Assembly (NCBI GenBank): GCA_030426585.1
Contig: JAUHYH010000001.1
Span: forward strand, 1 to 57,954
From: Bacteriovoracia bacterium
GTDB taxonomy: Bacteria > Bdellovibrionota > Bacteriovoracia > Bacteriovoracales > Bacteriovoracaceae
DNA: 57,954 bases
Direction: 5' to 3'
This document shows positions 38,835 through 46,908 of this stretch, one piece after another (position 1 is the stretch's first letter; every line of letters starts with the position of its first letter). Made by a program: the position numbers and the translations under genes. The notes under the pieces are model-generated. The model was not told where the DNA came from. It saw nothing but the letters and a program-made list of their open reading frames with translations, and did no database searches.

Positions 38835-41800
38835 ATGGTAATTAAAAGGTTTCTAACAGTATCTTTACTTGCGGTGTTAATCGCATGTAACGGCGGGAGT
38901 AATTCCGATTCAGATAATTTTCTGGGAATCGGTGATGACTCCAATGGGAGTGGACCAGGTAACTCAGCCCTCTCTTTTAGTCCATCACTTTTAGACTTTG
39001 GTGACATCGCCCTTTCAAGTTCAACAACAAGCTCTGTGACAGTAACGAATGTCAGTGACCAAGCTGTTTATCTCACAAATATTCAAGGTGAGAATTCTTT
39101 CTTTTCAAGAGTCGGAGGAACCTGTTTTTCTGGTTCAGGCTTACTAGCAGTTGATGCAACCTGTACTGTGACCATTCAATTTACTGCTTTAACGGGTGGT
39201 GATCACGAAGGAATATTTAGTTTTAATTATGGAACGGAACCAGGAGACACTGACTTAACTGCGAATTTGAGTCTTGAGGGGAGTGCAGGAGTTAATCCTC
39301 CAACCAATTACTCGTTGACCAATGTCGCCGGAACAACTGTTACCATCGGTTGGAATGATAACTCAACAAATGAAACAAGTTTTGAAGTGAATCGATGTAC
39401 AGGTACAGTTTGTGCAGCGACATTCACTGCAGACTTTACTGACTTCACAGCGGCTAACGCAACTTCTTATGCGTTCACTGGTTTAACCGAAGGTGAGTAT
39501 TACCGTTTTAGAGTAAGGGCGGTCACGGGAACAAATCAAAGTACATGGTTAGAAGGTTCAGTGATGGTCACATTTGGCGGGATTGCCTCGGTCGATGATA
39601 ACGGAACGGGTATGGCTGATCTTACAAGCCTTGATTGTCGAACGGAAGCCGAAGGAGCTTATGTTTCCTTAAGTTGGAATTCAGTGCCAGATGCAACAAA
39701 TTATTTTATCTATGATGTTACGGGTTCAGGGAATACTTTACTAAAAACGGTTTCAGCACCGGCGACTTCAGCAATTGTTACGGGTTTAACAATCAATACA
39801 GCCTATAACTTATTAGTAACAACAGGAACAAGCACGGGGTTTATTTCAGAAAATGCGACAACGACAGCTTTAACGACCACGGATTATCTTCCTTGTATTG
39901 TTCTTGGAAAAGCAGAGATGACAGGTGGGGCAAATGCAGCGGGATTGCAAAATCCAACAGCCGTTAAAATTTATGGCGGAAAGATGTATCTAGCCGATCG
40001 TAACAACCATAGAGTCCTTATTTGGAATACTCCACCAACTGGCCCAACTGATCTTCCGGATATTGTTTTAGGTCAGGATAATATGTTCTCAAACTACATA
40101 AATAATACACCTGGAAATATAGGAACGGTAAGTGGCCAGTCGATGAACTATCCTTTTGGACTTTGGGTGGGGAGTATTGGTGGAGCTGACCGTCTTCTTG
40201 TCGCAGATTCAAGTAATAATAGAATTCTTGTGTGGACCTCGCTGCCAACAACAAATCATCAAGCAGCTGACCTGGTTCTTGGGCAAGCGAATTTAACAAT
40301 TAACACAGCAGATGGTGGGGATGTTTCTAGAGGTTTACAAAACCCCTATGATGTCTACTCTGATGGAACAAAAATCTATGCGACGGATACCGGTAATCAC
40401 AGAACTCTAATTTGGAATAGTTTTCCTGCTACTAACTTTGCGACTCCGGACGTTTACCTTGGGCAACCTGATAGTACTACAACAAGCAGTGGGTGTGGTG
40501 CTGATGAAATGAATAGTCCTCAAGGCGTTTGGTCAGATGGCTCCCGAATGATGGTCGCTATCTCAAGTTGTCATCGAGTCGCTATTTATGAGTCCATTCC
40601 TGGAACTGGGACTAATCCGAATCCTGATACGATCTTGGGGCAAACGAGTTTAACAGGTAATAGTTCAAGTTCTGCTGCAGATAAAATGAATTCACCTAAA
40701 AAAGTAAGAGTTTTTGGTTCTCAAATTTTTGTTGCTGACTATGGTAGAAATCGAGTTAAGGTTTGGAACTCAATCCCTGCGCCAGGAAATCATGGAGTTG
40801 CTTCCGATTTTGTTATTGGTTTATCTAACACGGGTAATAGTTCTGGAAGCCAACAGAATAGACTTCAAAATCCAACTGATATTGAGATTTCAGGAACGAC
40901 TGTTTACGTGTCTGATTATAACAATTATAGAATTATGGGTTTTAATTCAATTCCAACTGGAGATGGGACGAACGCAGACTTTCTGTTTGGACAAGGTGGA
41001 TTCGATAAAGAAGTTCTTAACTATTACGAAGATACAAATGAAAGATCTTATGATCAACCCCAGGGAATGGCCTATGATGGGACACAGTTTTTTGTTGCTG
41101 ATCCCGACAGGCATAGGGTTCTCGTTTATAATGGAATCCCAAGTTCTTGGAATCAAGATGCTGATTATGTTCTTGGACAAGGTAATTTTAGTCTTCAATC
41201 ATCGGGAAGAAATCAAGCCGCTTTAAGCGCTCCAAGAGGGGTCTGTGTTGGTGGCGGTCAATTGTGGGTGCCAGATTATAATAACAATAGAGTTATGGTT
41301 TTTGATTTACCTATTACTACAAATTCTCCCAATGCAGCAGCAGTCTTAGGACAAACAAGCTGGACGACGAATACGACAGGTACTGGCCTAGATCAACCAA
41401 GAAACCCTATTGCTTGTCATTATGATGGTTCAAAGTTTTTTGTAGTTGATCGAGGTTACGATAGAGTTCTTGTTTGGAATTCTCTTCCGAGCATGGCAAC
41501 AGTGGCAGACAATCCTGCTGCTGATTTTATGTTAGGAACAACAACGGGGAATCAGACGAGTCAAAATCAGCTTTACGATCCTTGGGGAATTTATTCTGAT
41601 GGAACGAAACTTTATGTCGCTGATGCTGGAAATCACCGGGTCATGGTTTGGAATAGTTTGACGGGCGTTGATGATCAAAATGCGGATTTTTATCTTGGTG
41701 GAAATACTAACTGGACCTCAAGGAATGGACTCGTTTCAGCAACTGGTCTTAATTACCCTATCGATATAGTGGGAGATGGAGGGTCAGGGATTTATGTACT

Positions 41801-42023
41801 TGATGCGTCTAATGGTCGAGTGATGAAATTTGATAATCCCGTCGCAACAAATGATTTTGCTTCGACTGTTTATGGTAAGTCGAGCTTTACTGATACAACC
41901 GAACCGGGTAATGAGAGTATGTCACTTTCAACAAGTGCTCGGTCATTATTAAGAATAAATAATAGATTATTCGTTTCTGACCAAGGTCACTCGAGAGTAA
42001 TAGCAACGCCTATTGCGCCTTAA
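38835..42023 (+). CDS. Large surface lipoprotein: beta-sandwich (HYDIN/choice-of-anchor-D-like) + 2 fibronectin type III + 12 NHL repeats (two six-bladed propellers)
   Basis: Lipobox LIAC. LDFGDIAL..VTVTNVSDQAVYL...C..ATCTVTIQF is the beta-sandwich. GWNDNSTNETSFEV..YRFRVRAV is FN3. There are twelve copies of the h-[YF]-V-x-D-x-x-N-x-R-[VI]-h-h-[WF]-N pattern (e.g. MYLADRNNHRVLIWN, LYVADAGNHRVMVWN). Confidence 0.8.
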   Translation: MVIKRFLTVSLLAVLIACNGGSNSDSDNFLGIGDDSNGSGPGNSALSFSPSLLDFGDIALSSSTTSSVTVTNVSDQAVYLTNIQGENSFFSRVGGTCFSGSGLLAVDATCTVTIQFTALTGGDHEGIFSFNYGTEPGDTDLTANLSLEGSAGVNPPTNYSLTNVAGTTVTIGWNDNSTNETSFEVNRCTGTVCAATFTADFTDFTAANATSYAFTGLTEGEYYRFRVRAVTGTNQSTWLEGSVMVTFGGIASVDDNGTGMADLTSLDCRTEAEGAYVSLSWNSVPDATNYFIYDVTGSGNTLLKTVSAPATSAIVTGLTINTAYNLLVTTGTSTGFISENATTTALTTTDYLPCIVLGKAEMTGGANAAGLQNPTAVKIYGGKMYLADRNNHRVLIWNTPPTGPTDLPDIVLGQDNMFSNYINNTPGNIGTVSGQSMNYPFGLWVGSIGGADRLLVADSSNNRILVWTSLPTTNHQAADLVLGQANLTINTADGGDVSRGLQNPYDVYSDGTKIYATDTGNHRTLIWNSFPATNFATPDVYLGQPDSTTTSSGCGADEMNSPQGVWSDGSRMMVAISSCHRVAIYESIPGTGTNPNPDTILGQTSLTGNSSSSAADKMNSPKKVRVFGSQIFVADYGRNRVKVWNSIPAPGNHGVASDFVIGLSNTGNSSGSQQNRLQNPTDIEISGTTVYVSDYNNYRIMGFNSIPTGDGTNADFLFGQGGFDKEVLNYYEDTNERSYDQPQGMAYDGTQFFVADPDRHRVLVYNGIPSSWNQDADYVLGQGNFSLQSSGRNQAALSAPRGVCVGGGQLWVPDYNNNRVMVFDLPITTNSPNAAAVLGQTSWTTNTTGTGLDQPRNPIACHYDGSKFFVVDRGYDRVLVWNSLPSMATVADNPAADFMLGTTTGNQTSQNQLYDPWGIYSDGTKLYVADAGNHRVMVWNSLTGVDDQNADFYLGGNTNWTSRNGLVSATGLNYPIDIVGDGGSGIYVLDASNGRVMKFDNPVATNDFASTVYGKSSFTDTTEPGNESMSLSTSARSLLRINNRLFVSDQGHSRVIATPIAP

Positions 42024-42613
42024 AGTTTTATATCAATTCCAAAAAGTAGGCTTAGACTTGTGAGGGTAGAGTTATTCTGCATGGTCTCATAATTGATCCC
42101 AGCAAATGCGGTCGAAAAATTAAAGGGGTATTTATAATAAGTACCAAGACCAAATCCCGTGAATGGGACTGTGCTTGAAGAGGTATTTATGTAGTACTGT
42201 GAGCCAATTGCCTGTAAGCACCATGACGGGGTTTCAGCATCAACACTATTAAGAATTGTTTTCGAATTAAGATTAATTTTTGAAGTCTTTTTAAGAAGTG
42301 AGCCTGTTAAAGCGTAAATATATCTAAAGTTAAAAGCCGAGCCTGAACTTTCAGATCCCAGATTCATTTGTCGGAAGCTCACTCCTAGTGCTGATTTTTG
42401 ATTAATCGCATATTGGGCTAAAAGTTCTAAACCAGGACCAGATAAACTTTGACCAGTACCTGAGTTGGAAAGTTGGGTATAGGCCAAGCTTGGCTGAAGC
42501 GAAAGTTTAGAAACTTGAGTAGCTGTATTAACGATCTCTTCAGAGAACGCTGACATAGTAAAACTTACACTTAAAAGGCATAAAAGAGTCTTAAGCATAG
42601 ATATATTATACAC
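42020..42613 (-). CDS. Small outer-membrane beta-barrel protein (OmpA-like/porin-family barrel, ~8 strands)
   Basis: Signal peptide LLCLLSVSFTMSAFS and alternating amphipathic strands. The C-terminal strand ends LLFGIDIKL, so it lacks a terminal aromatic residue. Confidence 0.5.
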   Translation of the reverse strand: MYNISMLKTLLCLLSVSFTMSAFSEEIVNTATQVSKLSLQPSLAYTQLSNSGTGQSLSGPGLELLAQYAINQKSALGVSFRQMNLGSESSGSAFNFRYIYALTGSLLKKTSKINLNSKTILNSVDAETPSWCLQAIGSQYYINTSSSTVPFTGFGLGTYYKYPFNFSTAFAGINYETMQNNSTLTSLSLLFGIDIKL

Positions 42614-42700
42614 AGACTCTAACTAAAGAGAATTTTTCCTTATGTTTTTCTACGCTTTACTGAGAGATAATAATTATTGAGGTGGGATAAATCGATAAAT

Positions 42701-44968
42701 ATGGTCAAGAAAAAAGAAAAAGATATTAGGAAGCTCGAAGTAAAAGAACATGTTCTTAAGCATAAGGAAATCTATGCGAAGAAACTAAAAGAACTTGTTG
42801 AAGAAAATGAGAGAGAGCAGAAAGAATATCAATCGAAGCTTTCAAAGTTAGAATCTGACCTTGTTGATAAAAAACATATAATTCAGTGTTTAACCCAAGA
42901 TCTTAAAAAAGTAGAAATTCAAAAAGAAAGCAAACTTGCTTCTGTATCTGACTTAAAAAGAAAAAAAGCCACACTTTTAGATGAAGTAAACCAATTTGAA
43001 AAAGAGATAGCAGAAACAACGAAGTCAATTAAGTTGGCAGATGAAGAAGAAGTGAAACTTCAGGGCGAAATCAGTACTCTAAAACAACAGAAAGAAGAAA
43101 AAGAAATTCTTGTTGAAGAATTGGCTAATAAAAAGAATCAGGTTCTAAGTGTTGTTGATAAGCAAAAAGAAGTATTAGCGCTGGCCAATCATGACTTTAC
43201 AACAATAGCCCAAAGGAAGTCTGTTTTAGCAGAAGAATTAGTTGATCTAAAAAATAAAGAAGCAAGTTTTTTGGAAGAAATAAAAAAACTTGAAAAAGAA
43301 ATTACTGAAACCTCTCAATCAATAGAGTTAGCGACTGAAGAAGAAGTTAAGTTAAAAGATCGAATCTCTGAGTTACAAAATATAAATGAGAAGAAGTTGG
43401 CAGCAATTTCAGAGTTAACAAAAAAGAAAGATCAAGTTTTAAACCTTGTTAATAAATATAAAGAAAGTTTGGAGAGTTTAAACAAGGGGTTTGAATCTTC
43501 AGCCGAGAAAGAAGCCGTTTTAAATGAAGAGATATCTTCGCTGAATAAAGAAAAATTAGAACTAGAAGCAAAGATTAAAGAGTATGATGTTCTCGCTCCA
43601 CTTTCGAAGAAGGGGCTCTTGGAAGAGGTTGAGAGTTTAAAGACACTTGAAAGTTCCGTGGAAGCTCTTAGGACTGAATTAAAAGAAAAAGAATCTGGCA
43701 TTATAAACTTAGTAGAAGAAAATAACCGTATTTCAAATGAAACGTTGAAGGTTACCAGTCAACTCAGAGAGTTCACTCTTGAAAAAATAAACCTTGATAA
43801 ACAAGAAGCAAATATTAGAAGCCAGATGACAAACTCCCTGGAGAGTCACAAAAGCTTAGTTACTCAAAGGGATAAAATCAAGAAAGCGTCCAAAGAAGCA
43901 GGAGACCGAATATCGCGCTCATTAGAACTTGTTTCAAGAGCAGATGAAAAGCTAAAATCAGATAGAGAGAATTTATCGGTCTTGATGAGTGAATATAAAA
44001 ATTTAAAAGATCACGAAATAAGTCTTAGATCTGAAATCGCAACAAAAAAATCAGAAATTCTAAAAAATACCAAGGACATTGAAAGTTACAAAGAAGATAT
44101 TTCCTCTATGACAGTTTCACTTTCAGGCTCAAAGAAGACTTTAATAGAGGTTTCTGAAGAGCTCTCAAAATTATTAAAAGAGGTGAAATTTCTTTCACAA
44201 GAGAAGTCAGACCTTCAAAAAAATTGTAGTAGTACAAAAGAAAAACTTATAAAAGAAACTGAAGAACTTAAAATAACGTCAGAAGAAAGAACTTCATTGG
44301 AAAAAGAGATTTCTTTACTGAATTCTCAATTGAAGTCGAATAAAAAAGGAATCTCATTAACTGAGAAGAACCTTGAAAAAGAAACAAAGCTAGTCGACTC
44401 ATTAAAGTCTGACTTAAAAGCCTTGAAGTCTGAAAACAAAATCCTAGAGTCCAGACTTGATTCTCTTCAGGATCAATATCATAAAGTGAACGAAGAGCGA
44501 AAAGATCTCGATCTTCAAAGAAAAGAACAACAAACTCTGAAAAGAACTCTTGAAAGAAATCAGAATAAACTTAAAGCAGATATAGAGTTGTTTTTAACTA
44601 AGATGAAGGACCTCTCGAGAGATGATGCACAGGTTTCATTCAAAGAACTCAAAAGCTATGTTCATGGAGTTGTTGACCTTAATGAACGTGCTGTTGATTT
44701 AATAGGAAAAAGTCCTAAAGCAAATGAATTATTAAAAACTCTTTTCAGAGTAATAATCTCTGAAAAAATTTATTGTAAGTCGCTCACACTCCAGGCCGTG
44801 AGTAACCAAGTATGTAAATTGGTTATTAAAGATCCTTTTGATTCCGTTGAGTCTTGTAGTGATGTCCTTAGCCAATATGGAGTTTCAAACCTAGCAATCA
44901 GAGGCAATGACCTTGAAATTCTTATTAATATCAATGGGTTAGAAAAGCAGCAAAACTTTCCTCTCTGA
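42701..44968 (+). CDS. Long coiled-coil protein (~755 aa) with a non-coiled C-terminal ~130-aa domain
   Basis: Almost continuous heptad-like E/K/L-rich sequence. No TM or signal peptide. The ATG at 42701 is preferred to the TTG at 42677. Confidence 0.6.
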   Translation: MVKKKEKDIRKLEVKEHVLKHKEIYAKKLKELVEENEREQKEYQSKLSKLESDLVDKKHIIQCLTQDLKKVEIQKESKLASVSDLKRKKATLLDEVNQFEKEIAETTKSIKLADEEEVKLQGEISTLKQQKEEKEILVEELANKKNQVLSVVDKQKEVLALANHDFTTIAQRKSVLAEELVDLKNKEASFLEEIKKLEKEITETSQSIELATEEEVKLKDRISELQNINEKKLAAISELTKKKDQVLNLVNKYKESLESLNKGFESSAEKEAVLNEEISSLNKEKLELEAKIKEYDVLAPLSKKGLLEEVESLKTLESSVEALRTELKEKESGIINLVEENNRISNETLKVTSQLREFTLEKINLDKQEANIRSQMTNSLESHKSLVTQRDKIKKASKEAGDRISRSLELVSRADEKLKSDRENLSVLMSEYKNLKDHEISLRSEIATKKSEILKNTKDIESYKEDISSMTVSLSGSKKTLIEVSEELSKLLKEVKFLSQEKSDLQKNCSSTKEKLIKETEELKITSEERTSLEKEISLLNSQLKSNKKGISLTEKNLEKETKLVDSLKSDLKALKSENKILESRLDSLQDQYHKVNEERKDLDLQRKEQQTLKRTLERNQNKLKADIELFLTKMKDLSRDDAQVSFKELKSYVHGVVDLNERAVDLIGKSPKANELLKTLFRVIISEKIYCKSLTLQAVSNQVCKLVIKDPFDSVESCSDVLSQYGVSNLAIRGNDLEILININGLEKQQNFPL
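42974..43567 (+). repeat. Diverged tandem duplication (2 x 297 nt = 2 x 99 aa) inside the coiled-coil gene
   Basis: LLDEVNQFEKEIAETTKSIKLADEEEVKLQGEISTL..ANKKNQVLSVVDKQKE.. aligns colinearly with LEEIKKLEKEITETSQSIELATEEEVKLKDRISEL..TKKKDQVLNLVNKYKE.. Confidence 0.6.
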
Positions 44969-45012
44969 GGTTTGCCCTCATTTCCAGCATTCAGGTTTCG
45001 ATAAGTTCTGTG

Positions 45013-45576
45013 ATGAAAAATCTATATTTATTTTTTTGCTTTTATTTGGTTGCTTGCGCTCAAGTCCAGACTGAAAAACCTTACATCATTGTAAAGCATG
45101 ATGCTGAGATTGAAGTCGATGGAGTTATTAAAAAGGTTAAGGCTAACGAAAAAATTGAAGTTGAAGACGAAAAGACTATAAAAGTTTCGGCGGATGGTAA
45201 GGCTTCACTCGTAATTTTTAATACTAAGGGTTTAAAAAATAATGAAGTAAATCTACCAGACCTTTCTGAGACAAGCATGAATGAAAAGCTTATCCAAAGT
45301 TTGAATAAAAGATTAGACCAGTTGATGCCTCAGATTCAAGAGGTTCAACAAATGATTCTCAATGAAGATTATAATAATGCTATTTCTAAAGTTAGAGATC
45401 TAAAGAATATTTATCCAGGTTTAGCATACCTTTCGTTTTTAGAGAGTGCTTGTTATAAAGTTCAAGGAAGGGATTCTGAAGCCCTGAGAGTTCTTAATGA
45501 GGGACTTTCTATTAATCCAGAAAGCACTGAAGGAAAATCACTATATAGATCTCTTAGTGGTAGGGAGGTTCGATGA
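45013..45576 (+). CDS. Lipoprotein with a C-terminal TPR/SEL1-like repeat, first gene of the stator operon
   Basis: Lipobox YLVAC. C-terminal NEDYNNAISKVRDLKNIYPGLAYLSFLESACYKVQGRDSEALRVLNEGLSINPES. Its stop overlaps the motA-like start (ATGA). Confidence 0.55.
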   Translation: MKNLYLFFCFYLVACAQVQTEKPYIIVKHDAEIEVDGVIKKVKANEKIEVEDEKTIKVSADGKASLVIFNTKGLKNNEVNLPDLSETSMNEKLIQSLNKRLDQLMPQIQEVQQMILNEDYNNAISKVRDLKNIYPGLAYLSFLESACYKVQGRDSEALRVLNEGLSINPESTEGKSLYRSLSGREVR

Positions 45577-46295
45577 AATCACTACCAATAGGAATTCTAG
45601 GCGTCATTATTGTTATTGCTTTGAGTATGGATACCGCGAACTCAGCAATTTATATGAGTGCTCACAGCTTTTATATTGTTTTCTTAGGAACAGCAGCAAT
45701 CTTTCTTTTTGCCAATCCTTTTAAGAATATTATTACCACCTTTGTTGCTGTAAAAAGTTTATTTGAAAAAGATAAAACTCCAGAAGAGGTGAGAAGTCTT
45801 GTTGAAGAGATTGCTAAAAATAAAGGCTTAGAAAAAGATCACAAAATACCACTGGTAGACTATGCCCTTAAGCTTTGGAAACAAGGTGTTGAGCCTGACA
45901 TTGTTGAAAGTTTGCTTATTGAAAAAAATGAAGACGTTGTTTCTACGACTGAAATTCCTGTAAGTGTACTTAAAAACCTTTCTAAATACCCTCCAGCATT
46001 GGGTATGACAGGAACGGTTATGGGTATGATTAGTTTATTTGCAAACCTTAATAGTGATAATAAAGCCGCTATTGGAGAGGCTCTTTCTGTTGCCATGACT
46101 GCAACCTTTTATGGTTTGATGTACGCGAACTTCATTTTGTTACCACTTGCAGACAGACTCCATATTCGTCATAAGGCCATTACAAATAGAAACGATCTTG
46201 TTTTAAACGCTCTTTTAAAAATTAATAGATCTGAGCCTTTGAGCTTTATAGAGAACCTTAACCTCGAGCAATCTTATTACGAGCAGGCAGGTTAA
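45573..46295 (+). CDS. motA: MotA/PomA-family proton (or sodium) channel stator subunit
   Basis: 240 aa with a 2 TM + ~100-aa cytoplasmic loop + 2 TM topology. PPALGMTGTVMGMI and TATFYGLMYANFILLPLADRL match the MotA/ExbB/TolQ channel helices. Confidence 0.75.
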   Translation: MKSLPIGILGVIIVIALSMDTANSAIYMSAHSFYIVFLGTAAIFLFANPFKNIITTFVAVKSLFEKDKTPEEVRSLVEEIAKNKGLEKDHKIPLVDYALKLWKQGVEPDIVESLLIEKNEDVVSTTEIPVSVLKNLSKYPPALGMTGTVMGMISLFANLNSDNKAAIGEALSVAMTATFYGLMYANFILLPLADRLHIRHKAITNRNDLVLNALLKINRSEPLSFIENLNLEQSYYEQAG

Positions 46296-46296
46296 G

Positions 46297-46908
46297 ATGG
46301 CTAGAAAAACGTATTATTACCATGATTCAGAAGGTTGGGCGGTCTCTTATTCAGACCTTTTAATGGTTTTAATGTCGTTCTTTATTATTTATTTCAATAT
46401 CGATGGTGGGGATAATACCCCTCTTCAAAAACTAGCTTTTGAGTTGATGGAAGATAAAAGCCTAAAAGATCAGAGTTTTATTGTGAATCCTTCGAGAGAG
46501 GTTGCTGGCAATAGTTTGACCGAAGGTCTTAATATTGGTTTTAATAATAAGCCTACTGAAAAACCAATCTATAAAGAGTTTATAATTGATCTTCCTCCAA
46601 ATATATATTCGGTTGGTAATTATGAATTATCCAATCAAGCGAAAGAAAAACTAAACAAAGTCTTTAACTTGATTGAAAAATATAAAGCTGATCTTGATAT
46701 TTATTTTATCGGTCATACCGATTCTCAAAAGTTTAAAAAAAATAAAGAAATTATCAATAGTAATCTCATTCTTTCTAGTATGAGATCAGCGAGGGCGGTA
46801 GAGTACGCGATCAAAAATGGGTTTGATGAAAATCAAGTTTATGTCCAGGGATTAAAAGGACGCCCAAGAGATACGAGATCCTTAAGTCTAAGGTTGGTGG
46901 CACGATGA
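46297..46908 (+). CDS. motB: MotB/PomB-family stator subunit with an OmpA-like peptidoglycan-binding C-terminus
   Basis: GWAVSYSDLLMVLMSFFIIYF contains the invariant channel Asp. The C-terminal IGHTDS...N..LS..RA..V pattern is OmpA-like. Confidence 0.75.
   Translation: MARKTYYYHDSEGWAVSYSDLLMVLMSFFIIYFNIDGGDNTPLQKLAFELMEDKSLKDQSFIVNPSREVAGNSLTEGLNIGFNNKPTEKPIYKEFIIDLPPNIYSVGNYELSNQAKEKLNKVFNLIEKYKADLDIYFIGHTDSQKFKKNKEIINSNLILSSMRSARAVEYAIKNGFDENQVYVQGLKGRPRDTRSLSLRLVAR

Noticed and set aside
45573-46908. MotA/MotB pair as a Zorya-type (ZorAB) anti-phage defence system
   Set aside because: The MotA-like protein is only 240 aa with no long C-terminal coiled-coil tail as in ZorA. No ZorC/D/E-like nuclease or helicase genes are adjacent. 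The neighbours are envelope proteins and flagellins, so a motility or envelope function is more parsimonious.
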